The notes under the pieces were generated by a model. It saw only the letters and a program-made list of their open reading frames with translations. It searched no databases and was not told the origin of the DNA. From Callorhinchus milii (taxonomy: Eukaryota), in NCBI RefSeq assembly GCF_018977255.1, contig NW_024704748.1, positions 18,166,001-18,230,000 of the forward strand: a DNA stretch of 64,000 bases, read 5' to 3'. Every line of letters begins with the position of its first letter. Position 1 is the stretch's first letter. Positions 34,441 through 45,706 of this stretch are shown one piece after another. The translations under genes and the position numbers were made by a program.

Positions 34441-36604
34441 CGGAAAGAAATTTAATGATTTGAGCAGAACAGCACTTTCGGTATCTTGCATCATTTACTA
34501 TTTCCAATGGAGGTGGTGAATAGATTGAAGCTGCCCATTTCTGCCCACCTGCAGCTGGATTTGAATATCAAAAGCAACCCAAAGGGCACTGAAAGATTGA
34601 CAGTGCATTTGGTCTCACTCCAGCTGATCTAAAGGCTGTATCAGATGACTTACCGCTCTCTGTATGACAACACATTTTTATTTTTAAAAAGTTGGGATTC
34701 TTTTCATATACAGTATAGATGCATCAAATACAATTATGTGGGTGGGGAGAGGGACATTTTCCTAAGACTAGAATTAAAAGTTCATTGTTGTTTATTTTAC
34801 AAACAGGCTACACATAAACGTATGTTGACATGCATGAAAGTCCAGAGAGGTGAACAGGTTGAAGGGCCCAAAATTAAAAGCAGAATCTCCACATTGATAG
34901 TCTGTTGTGACAAAGTGAAAGAGTATTTTGCAAGACTCAAGTTGAATGCTCCAGGTCTGTCAGCAGAGAGCTTTGATTGTCAAGTCTAAACAGTACTCGC
35001 ATAGGACTAACACAACATGCTGGGAACAATTCTTAACACCGAATTTTAACCACTGCAGGAATAACAATGGCTGCTTTTGTTGGGAGTCTACTTTATATAT
35101 TCACTACATTGGAAAATATTTCTTCAATTCTGTGGTATTACTTGAGGCTGATTTTTTTTAAACCTTTAATCCCATAGCATTGCACTTAAGAAACATGCAA
35201 ATAAAATGACTTGTGTACCACATTAATATCTGACTAGAGTAAGAGATGCTATTTCAAATGTAAATGAATGGATCAAGCTACAGCATTGTAGCTTTGACCT
35301 CATTTCCCAGGCAGTGAATCATAATGACAAAAATGACTGTGAGCAGGCCATACCAGCTGACTTAGATAAAAAGGAAAGACCTGCTACAGTGGAGAAGATT
35401 CCCCATTTATAATATAAAAGCCAGCTCATGGAGCTTAGAATTTAACACATAGATCATTGTCATTATGTCAACTGCAAGTTTAGCGTGAAACCGCTTAAAA
35501 CATGAATTCCTTTGGCATAAATATCATATACACCATCTTTTTTGAACAGTAAGCATAGCAACTGTCAACAAAGCAAGTGAAACTATTTACTAGATATTCA
35601 TTCCAGAAAACTAGATATCTAAAATACGATTTAGAATACTAGATAACTACCATTTTCAGGCATAGTTCAAGCATAAAATAACGCAGCCCTTTTTAAACTG
35701 CAGTTGCAAGATTTGCATTACAATTAATTAAGACTTCAATACAATATTTGGGAGCGATATTGCTTTAATAAAGGCAATATTAAGCATTGTACTATTTAAT
35801 CGTTTCATATCCTAACGATATTCTGAAAATCAAACAAAATTGATTTGAAAAAAATATATAGGCATTAAAGTTACTCTGTAATGAGTTACATCTAAAGGCA
35901 GACAGAAAAAAAAGATTTTGAGACAATAGCACTATATGACTATAATATACTGCACATGGCTGAATGTTTTAAGTTTTCATTTTTCCCAAACTTTACAGAT
36001 GGAGTTATTCACAACTGATGTTCAAATTTACAAGTTTTATGCTATGGGCATCCACTCATCCAACTTGCATTGAATCTGTGTTAGATCCAAACCTGAGTGC
36101 TAGGATAGGGTCCGAGCAGATGATTGGATAGTGTCCCAAATGACTGCACCCAACAGTACCCTGGTCTGAATATTTGGAATCATAAAAACTGGACATCAAT
36201 TGAAGGCAGTACCAGCTGATTTAAGAATCTGCACGAGGACATTTGAGTTTTTTTTACATAAAAAATTGTATTTTTCATTTTTGAAAACACAATACAGACA
36301 CATCTAAAATAATAACAAAATGGGAGGAGAGGAAGAGAATTAGCAGCTCATTTTCATTTACTTTACAAAAAGACTGTACAGAAGAGTGTACCACTATTTA
36401 TAAAGCCTACATTTGTAAAGATTATTTCAAAGCAATTTTTCAGTGGGGGAGATTATATTGTATATTATATTTTATTGTTGGCATGTAAACCACTGGATGT
36501 GGAAAATGCTTGAATGATTTTACAACACAAAATATAAAAAAGTGTTCATAAATGAGAATATTATATACATTTTACAAAAATATTTTTGGAATATCTCCTA
36601 CACT

Positions 36605-36830
36605 CATTACCTTCCCTCATCCTTGCTGTACTCGCTGACAGAAACTCAGCAAATTGAGTTCAAGATCCTCAGCCTGACCTTCAAACCCCTTCATAACCTG
36701 CCCCTTTCTATCTTTGTAATCTCTTTCAGCTCTCCTTTTTGTCCATGTCCAACTCTGATTTACCACTCATTCCTCTCTCGGCTGGCTCAGAACAGTGGTC
36801 AAGCCATCACCTTCTATATTCCTGCTTAAA
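36605..36830 (+). mobile_element. Old L2-type LINE fragment
   Basis: Encodes QQIEFKILSLTFKPLHNLP, homologous to the 18160 copy. Confidence 0.6.
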
Positions 36831-37719
36831 ATCATATACGTTTGATAGTATTGATCTCCTCCCAACCAGCATAGGATGAGCTATTATGTCCGAATCCTGA
36901 CATGGTAGCAGAAAGAGCAATGGAAATTGCACATCAAACTATTGATTGTTGATTTTAAATATAAAAATAATCCTTGCATTTGATATTGCGCTTTTTACAT
37001 CTCCTGGACGTCTCAAAGCGTATACAGAATATACTGTAAAGTGAATTGAAATATTCACCATTTTAACACCAATTTAAAGCATAATACTCCATAAACCTCA
37101 ACCAACCCCAGGAGACCTTGCCATCATACCAATATCAGGAATCATTTTTCACTGCATTGAAATTAACATTGGTACAATAGAAATTATTAAAAAAGAAACC
37201 CGAAAGATTTGAAGATTTTCAATATCTCCTCTTAACAGAATCGCAAAAGTACACGTGCACAAAGTAATGGTACTTAATCATTCATAGAATTTCTGCAATA
37301 AATAATAATCCTTGTATTTGATATAACAAGAATTATTTATCCCAGAAATTCTACATAAACGCAAAACATTTGGACTTGGGCGTAGCGACGTCTCTGTACT
37401 CCTAATGTAGAAATGTTTTATTCCTGTAAACGTACTAAAATACCAATAAGAACATTTCACGTTTGTGTCCGAAAGCGGCACTGAGAAAAGGGATGGTTTT
37501 GTTTCTTGCAGCAACTAGTTACACAATCTCCATCTTAGGTTTCTCGTCAGAAAGGTCGACAAGAGCAGAGCGTTGCCGAAGAACTCCAGATATAGCCGTC
37601 AAACTTACAGCAACGATTGATGCCGTTCGGTTCAACAAAAAAAATCAAAATCCTTCCTTCAGCCCAAATAAAAGCATCGGTGAGGAAGATGTGAAGAACG
37701 GGTTAGCTGTTATCTGACT

Positions 37720-38560
37720 GATGGGCGACAGAGTCGATCGTAACCGAGCTAACGACAGACAGTCTTTGTGAAAGCCCCGGGGGTGGGGGGGCGCCGAGTA
37801 ACTCCGCCGACCGCCGTGCGCTGTGCGCAGGATTATGCCATTTTTTTTTTAGCTACAAGGTCTCCGGGAGAGAAGAGTGTCGGCTCGGCCGCAAGGAACC
37901 GGTCTCACTCCCTTGGCCTCGGGCCACCCCCGAAGGAACGGACGTGGGGACGCGGTGCCGCGAAACAGGCGAGAGAAGCGGCTGTGGTGAGGGAGGCCGG
38001 GGAGGGAGGGAGGGAGGGAGGCGGACTGGCTGTTAGGCCCCGAGCGCCAACGTTTGCTTCTCAAATAAACCTCCAGGTAAAAACCTTACCTTGTTTATCC
38101 TCTTCAAGGCCATAGTGAAGTGTTGGTATGCGGGAGGCTACACTCACTCACTCTGTTCTCTCTCTCTCTCTCTCGGGCGGGCGGGCGGCCGGGCTGCACT
38201 GACTCTCCCCAAGCGGCACCCTAACGAGATTTTCCTCTTCACCGTTGACAAGAAACCAGGGAGACTGCGCACGCGTGGCCCCGCTGCCCGTCGGGGCGTG
38301 TAGTCCTCGTTTCCCGCCTGTCGCATGGAGGGGCGGCGTGTCGGGACTACACTTCCCGACACGCTCCTGGAGCGTGCGTTAACGTCATTGAGCTGTCGAA
38401 CTTTCCTGAAGCATCACGGGCAGCCTTTGTCACATGTCGCTCGGCGCCACAGAGCGCCTCTGGTGGGCGGTCTCCAGGTACTGCTCTGAAGAAAACGTAG
38501 ACTAAGAAAAGGCCATTCGGTCCAACGAGTCCATGGCTTCCGTGTGAATCCGACACAATC
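37720..38560 (-). promoter_or_regulatory. CpG-island promoter of UBE2D1
   Basis: High CpG density. ACTACA-type ZNF143/THAP11 motif GGACTACACTTCCC at about 38344-38357 and an opposite GACTACACGCCCC at about 38293-38305. NRF-1-like TGCGCACGCG at about 38266. Confidence 0.75.
38090..38113 (-). CDS. UBE2D1: UBE2D1 exon 1 coding part (24 bp)
   Basis: MALKRINK|GTAAG within a CpG island. Joined CDS is 444 nt (147 aa + stop). Paralog assigned by synteny. Confidence 0.95.
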
Positions 38561-39011
38561 TACTCCACGCTATCAGGAAAGGTTCTTCACAACGTCTCTC
38601 TGGAACCTCAGAGGCCAACCTGAGCAAAACCCGAAACTAACCCCACATTCTTTGGCGTTATATTTTCCAGTTCCCAAGAAGTTCAGGGCATTAAAGGCAT
38701 TCACGACACTTGTGGGCTGCTCCTTTGTTAAAGTTAAATGCTTATTGAGCTGCAGAGAGAGAGGAAAACTGTGTTATTCTGGATTCATAACATTGGTCTT
38801 GTTAATTGGTGAGTTGAGTTGAGGCTCTTTGGTCCTGGAGAATTGACAGCTGTTACAGATAGGACTTGCTTTAATCTCACAAGCTGTCTCCTGCTGGGTC
38901 TGTGCTCATGATTAGGCCACACCTTTACTTATAAGAAAAAAATCAAGCTTGAGGAAAACAAGCTGTTTACTATCAGGGAAATGGTGTCTCAGTACTATGT
39001 AGGAGTCCTGT

Positions 39012-39250
39012 ACAACAACAACAAAATTACATTTATAGAGCGCCTTTAACATTGGAAGGACGTCCCAAAGCACTGAATGGTCAGGGGTCGGGGCCCGAGC
39101 ATGGGGGAGCGGTGGTGTAGGGGTGAGGGAAGGCAGAGAGGTGGGAGGGCGATCAAAGGCACGATCGAAGGGAAGGGTCTTGAGACCAGCCGTGGAGGCA
39201 AGGGAAGAAACGAGGCAAAGGGACCGTGGGATGGAGTTCCAGAGTGGGGG
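39012..39250 (-). mobile_element. L2-type LINE 3' end
   Basis: Close reverse-complement match to 18430-18663. (caa)n tail. Confidence 0.85.
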
Positions 39251-39850
39251 AGCACTTGCCTTGCAAGCGAGAGACCTGGGTTTGATTCCTGGCAGGACAA
39301 AACCTTGGGCAAGTTTCCTTACTCCACATGCCTGATAATGGAGTCCTGTAGCTCAGTGGTTAGAGCGCTCACCTTGCAAGCATGACAACTGGGTTCAATT
39401 CCAAGCAGGGCGAAACCTTGGGCAAGTTTCCTTACTCCACACACCTAATAATAATCCCTCCAAAACAGCAATAATAAATTGGTCATTTTCAATCCACGAC
39501 TGTTTGTGGGACACTGCTGTGCGCAATTGGCTGCCGAGTTTCGCCCACAAATATAGTCAATTCACTTTATAGCATATTCTGTGAAGCATTTTGAGACATC
39601 TAGAAGACATGAAAAGCGCTATATCAAATGCAAGGATTATAAATATTATTATAATAATCCCTCAAGAAAAAAATAAAATAAATTTGGTCACCAATCCATG
39701 ACTGTTTGTGGGACACTACTGTGTGCAATTGGCTGCCGCATTTTGCCCACAAATATAGTCAATTTACTTTACAGTATATTCTGTGAAGTGCTTTGACATG
39801 TGTAGAAGATGTGAAAAGCACTATTTCAAAGGCAAGGATTATTATTACTA
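39250..39850 (+). mobile_element. Tandem tRNA/CORE-like SINEs (head fragment, full short-form copy at 39340-39655, 3' fragment)
   Basis: Head GAGTCCTGTAGCTCAGTGGTTAGAGCG (A box) ... GGTTCAATTCC (B box), CORE-like cttgggcaagtt, (att)n tail. Confidence 0.9.
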
Positions 39851-41707
39851 TATACTGTATTCTAGAGAAGCAAGAATATGTTCTAGTTGTTCCAAGCAGA
39901 GCTGTTTTAAATAGATGCATTGTATTATATTGTGTTGTTAGCAATATATTCACTGTTTGAATAGAGCTTGGTTGCAGTGGCATATGACCACCAATATGCA
40001 AAAGAATGGGTTTGGGATCATTGTTCACTCTTCAGATGAACATAGAAACAGGAGTAAGCAGTTCAGCCCCTTGAGCCTGTTCCGCCATTCTATAAAATCA
40101 TGGCTGATCTGTATTCAACTCCAATTACCTGCCCTTGCCTCGTATCCCTTGATATCCTAACCTCGTCGCAAGGTTACTTACAATTCCATGCTGCTTTTCT
40201 CTGATTAGCTCATACTTGTCTAAGTGCATAGTCACACTTAGTAAGGAGTGATTAACAATTTTGCATCTTGGAACTGTTAGGGTGGTGATGCTACTGAAAA
40301 AAATGTAACTGAGTTACAAATGTTTTAAAAATCTTATTTTGTAAAGCTTCAATATATTTAGTAGCGAAATGTCTGGAAATGCCAGGGGTTGAATTTGGAG
40401 CTGGCTGTAGTACTCCACTACTGAGCCATAAAGCTCAAGCTGTTGCTAGTTGATAAATGTTCTATGTAATCTCTAGACGATACATGCGAACCAGTATATA
40501 TTATGTTTATAAAACAAATCTCCCATCAGCAGCAGCAAAATGTGCTCTTCATCTGATCTTAGTACTCCCAGTCTAAACACATAATGAAGGTGATGGTCAT
40601 TGCAAACAAAAAATTGTCTTCACAGACTTATGGATAATGTTTCCAAAGATTGCTTGTGAACACAATGAGCATTGAATCTTTTGAGCTTAGTATGTTATTT
40701 AGGTCCATTCAGACTTGCTTTAAGCGTACCTTTCAATAATACTTTAAACCTCTACAGTAAGATTGGAACTTCATGATAGCAGATCACATTACAACAACTT
40801 ACTAAATTGGAATGATGTACAATTAAATAACATTTGCCACTTGTCATTCCCAATTCTTCTGGATCTCTCTGTATTTGGTCCATTTGTTCCTGTTGTTTGC
40901 AAACTTCTCTTTAACCTCCTCCCCCTTCAAGTTAGTATCCTTAACACATGTAAACAAAGAATGCTTCGTGTGGGGTGTAATGTTCCTTGTAGTAATGCGC
41001 ACAATGTTATAATTTTCATTCAAAAAAGTGGTGTGTCTGTACTTCCCATTCCTTTTGCAAAGTAACCTGATGCTGCCATTTTACCAAAGAGATGAAACGC
41101 TAAACAATTTATGCAAGCAAGGATTGTTGTATCACAAGTTTTAATTAATAGTATAATTGGGTAGTTTGGAAAATTAGTTGTTATAGGGTTTGCGACTGAA
41201 ATATTCACAATAAGTGGATAGTCACAGATGAAAATGTGTCATTATCAAAATTGCCTGAGCTACTCACCTGTCATCACCAATTTTCTCTTCCTTATTTCTC
41301 CATTTCTGAAGCCATTTTTGATTATATTTTCCTTGTGATTTTGTGTGTGTTTTTTTGTTGTTCTATTCTCTGGTACTACACTCAAGGAGTCATTATTCGT
41401 ATCTGAATCCTAATGCTGAGTGTACACAGGCTTTTCAACCACATCCCAATTCTATCTTCATCAAAATCAGAAACCTGAGCTATATTTCCCCTCCCTGAAC
41501 CCAGTCACTGATGCTAATTGCAGCATCTTTCCCCAGTAGAACTCAGCACAGCCAAGGATTTAAAATTGCTTAGTGCTATTCTTATAGGTGGTGATTTTAT
41601 ATTGTAAAATAACTACATATTGCCCCAAACGCCAAACATATCAGGTAATCGCATAATTGTCAACGTAGTCTCAGTGTATCTGTAGGCAAACGGGTCAACC
41701 AATTTGT

Positions 41708-42110
41708 GAACAACAACAACAACAACAACAAGATTACATTTGCATCGCGCCTTTCACGTCGGGAGGACGCCCCAAGGCGCGAACACCAGGGCCGGCATTG
41801 CGAACGGGACACATTTATCTGGACCATCGTTGGGTCTCTGACACCGGGAAAGATGCCCTTCTCGTTTGGAATACTGCCATCGGATTTTTTTCGAAAAAAA
41901 AAAAAAATTTTTTTTCCCCCCTACTTGATGATGGCGCCTTCAACAGCGCAGTGTTGCCCCCCCACCCCCCCCCAGCACTGCTCTGGAGCCTCAGTCAGTC
42001 AGTCGGTCAGTCTGCACTGTGAGCTCCAGCGCCAACGTTTGAGAGCTTGAACTCACGGAGCTGCTGACACAGACAAGACAGCGAGGCGGACACGTCCCAC
42101 TGCGCCATCA
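41708..42110 (-). mobile_element. LINE tail plus Deu-type SINE relic next to the CISD1 promoter
   Basis: (aac)n tail with 'gcgcctttcacgtcgggaggacg', then 'atggcgccttcaacagcgcagtgttgccc...cagcactgctctggag'. Confidence 0.6.
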
Positions 42111-42199
42111 GGTTCGGTTAAGAGCTTTCCTTTTTTTTTTGTGTGTGTGTGAGTTTATTTATTTGTTTTGTTTTGTTTTATTTGGGGGCGAAAAAAAAA

Positions 42200-42900
42200 G
42201 TCACGGATAAACCAACGCCGCCGCTCCCGGCGGTCAGGGCGTCTGGCGGTGACGTCAGCAGACCCCGCCTTCCGCCCCGCCCCCCGCCCCTCAGCACGTG
42301 ACCGGGAGCTGTGCGTCGCGCGCGCTCGTGCGCCACCGGGAAAGCAGCGCAGTCAGTCATGGTGAGCGGTGCGGCGTTCAAAGGTATGGGATTTTTTTTT
42401 ATTTTTTAACTGGAAAAGGGCGGCTTTCGCGGATGGTTCATAACGATGGCTGCGATTTCTCGAAGCCACGCGTCCCGCGGTATGGAATAGTGCCCTCGCT
42501 CGCTCGCTCGCCTTTCTGTCCCTGTCCCGAGCACTTGTTCTCTGAAGGTCACGGCGAGCGGTTTTTTTTAAAAAAAATCCGTGCAGCAGTAGGAGTCACC
42601 TTCAGAGGCCGCTCACTCCCCCCTTCCCTCCCGGAGACGAGGGCTCTGATCCGTCACACACATCTGTGGTAAAGGATCGCCGCCCAAACATTTCTGGTCA
42701 AGTCCGTACCGGAGGCTGCGCTGGAAAATGCGGCAGCGCCGAGCAACGAGGTGACGATAAAGCCTATTGTACGTGTCCAGACTTTAGACCGTCACTGATC
42801 GACCAAACGTTTTTTTTTCTTTTTTTCCTTTTTTGCGAAGTCCGGTTTACGAGAGGAATAAAGCGAGACATAGATACCGCGGTTAAGTGTCGGCGTGTGC
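42200..42900 (+). promoter_or_regulatory. CpG-island promoter of CISD1
   Basis: Full CRE TGACGTCA at 42250-42257, GC boxes at about 42262-42290, E-box CACGTGAC at 42295-42302. Confidence 0.8.
42359..42383 (+). CDS. CISD1: CDGSH iron-sulfur domain protein 1 (mitoNEET), exon 1
   Basis: gtcATGG start, MVSGAAFK, donor AAG|GTATGG. Phase 1 matches exon 2. Confidence 0.85.
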
Positions 42901-44114
42901 TGCAATGGTGCATCACATGAATTGTAATAATCCCTCGTTTACCTTTTCACCTGCATCTTTTTTGCTTTTCTTGCTGATCAACTTGTGGTTCCTAAAGCCC
43001 CAATTCTCTGAATTGACTTTATGGTATTTGTTAGCTTATTGAATCTCGTTCTTTTTGCATGGATGTGCGCGAACGGCGATCCGTGTTTTGTTCAGGTAAA
43101 ATATGTTTCAGTGTTTTCTATTCTGCAATGGTGGTGGAACACGACAAAGAACTGATTCAACCGTCACGGTTGTGCTTACCAATTTTCATTCCTTCCACTT
43201 TGGATTCCCTGAAATTTAAATGAGTTCAAATTTCACTACTCAGTCAATGCACAAACCAGGTTAGTTATCCACAGTTGTAGTTTCCAACATTCACTCATCT
43301 GGTCAACATTGACCTTAGTTTGCAGAAATCCTGGACTCACATGCCAATTATTCTCCTTTGTTATTTGCAGTTAGTCTGGGTTGATCGACCAGGTAAATAT
43401 TTACATAATTGACATATCTGCACAAACAAGTCATAGATAAAGATGTGTTGCATGAAAATGGCCCTTCATATTAAAAAGCATTAAACACTGTCAAGCGGTT
43501 TGGATTCTTACACTTAACAGCATGTTTTACAACAATTTATTACAACCAGATATTGTAAACCAATTTCCAACTTTGTTGATGATCCTAAAATACTAAGTAA
43601 GCAATGAGGAGAGTGCAACTAGATCGTATATAAGTTATAACTCAATGTTTGATTGCATTGAAAAATACAAGTGAAATATTGTATTACATTAGTTGAGGGA
43701 TAGAATACAAAATGCACAACATCTTTACATTGAAAACACTTGGGAATCCCAGACTGCTCTCTGAGGCACTTTGTGACATCCTCCCAATATGAAAGGCACT
43801 ATAAGAATACACAGTTTGTTGTTAATGTACTTCATACCACAATAGAATGAAACACCAATCATACTTAGTGTTGCTCCAACTTGGAAGTGGTACAGAGTAA
43901 ATTGATAATCTAAAAGCAATCGTGCAGAAAGCTTTACCAAATTAATTGCCGTGGATTTTGTGGATTATGCAATCCGTTTATATTTTTAAACATTCTACTG
44001 CTCCACATTGTGAGTTGATTGTATATTATAGTTTGACATTATCAGCCGAATGGACTGAATTTATAATAGGTTTCTTATCTAAAATCTCTGGATTTTTGTT
44101 ATTTTCTGATACAG

Positions 44115-44317
44115 AATGGGTTGCAGCAGCCTCGCTGACTGTTGGTGCAGCGGCCATTGGCTATTTGGCCTACAAAACATTATATTCAAAAGACAAAGGC
44201 TCTAAATTGCTGGTTAACCTCGACATCCAGAAAGATAATCCTAAAGTAGTACATGCATTTGATATTGAAGACCTAGGAGACAAAGCTGTATATTGTAGAT
44301 GCTGGCGATCTAAACGG
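44115..44317 (+). CDS. CISD1: CISD1 exon 2
   Basis: [21 protein letters not shown]...[29 protein letters not shown]|GTAAG. Confidence 0.97.
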
Positions 44318-45616
44318 GTAAGCATAATTTGACTTTCTTGACACATTTCTATTGGTGTGATTTTATCAATCGTTGAGGACTAAGGCAATAATAATAATAA
44401 TACTTACATTTGATATAGCATTTCATTGTATTAAGACATCTCAAAGTGCTTCACAGGATATACTGTAATTGTATTTCGATTGTATTTTGTGGGCGAGGGT
44501 CAAGAAATTATGAACCAAAAGATTAATGATGAATCTTGCAGCGAATTTAGTCATGTTTTAAGCCAGAATAATACAGGGTTGTAGAACCTGGGAAAGAGAA
44601 AACTTTCCATTGTATGAATTACTATTTTTGTTTATACTATTCTTGCTTCATCAGCTATTGACCTTGAGTACAATGGTTGGAGAGGCATGTGAACATAGAA
44701 AGACCTATATATACGTAGTGACTTATTGTGGATAAGAGTTCCATCTGCCATTACAGATTTCTATATGGATTTACAGAGTACGTTACAGCACAAAAAACAG
44801 TCATGTAGCCCAAGTAGTTTGTGCAGGTGTTTATACTCCACATGAGTCCCACCCCTCCAAATCCTCTCTCCCGTATACAGTCAAAACTGCTCAAGCAACC
44901 TTCCCCTATTAACCACCATGGACAGCCCTGCTTCATCCACCAACAAACCCTTACACAGAGACCGCTCTTATATAAAGGCCACTTTGGACCAGTCTCCTGA
45001 GTGCTTTTTGAATTCAGGATTGACGGTACCTCTATTTCCTTTTCCCTCATGTATGCACACTTACATTCTAATCAAATAAATGCATAATTGATTTCCTAAC
45101 AAGCCATTTTGTTTTGGCCATATTTTCTGAAGTGCTAAAAGCTCAATTGATATTGCGAATAAATGTAAATTTAATTCTAACCTAATTATAAATTACAAAT
45201 GGTATATTGATAATGCATTCTATAATGTTGTAACACAATACTTTAGCAGTGTAGGTGGAGATTATAAATAGCATCTATAAAATAGAAATACTTCAAAGGA
45301 AAAATGAGAAAGTTATCCAAAGGCTGTTTTGCATTTGACTCGTCAACTCAGAGTGATTGAGAGACCTGTCACTAGATTGCTCTTAGCATAGTTAACTGTA
45401 GGTGATTTGTGAGCCAAGAAACTGTCAAGAAATAATTTAATTCCATTGAAGAAAAAAATGGTATTGATGCAAATGATCCAAAATGTCATGGGGCTTCTTG
45501 AGCATTTAGACAATTTTAAAGAAATTGCTCTTTTTGGCAACAATGTTTTTGACAAAGAAATGGTCTCGTAATATATAATGTAAATCATAACTTTCTTTTC
45601 TGTTTTCTTATTTTAG

Positions 45617-45706
45617 TTCCCGATGTGTGATGGCTCTCACACCAAACACAATGACGAAACTGGAGATAATGTAGGCCCACTGATTATCAAGAAAAGAGAA
45701 GCATAA
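45617..45706 (+). CDS. CISD1: CISD1 exon 3 (last)
   Basis: FPMCDGSHTKHNDETGDNVGPLIIKKREA*. The 3Cys-1His ligands are intact. Joined protein is 105 aa. Confidence 0.97.
   Translation, partial: FPMCDGSHTKHNDETGDNVGPLIIKKREA

Noticed and set aside
39340-39412. tRNA-like sequence with A and B boxes
   Set aside because: It is the head of a SINE, continuous with the repeat body, and lacks a proper acceptor stem.
43946-44114. ORF extension upstream of CISD1 exon 2
   Set aside because: Intronic read-through from a TTG. The acceptor at 44113-44114 and exon 1 at 42359 explain the gene.
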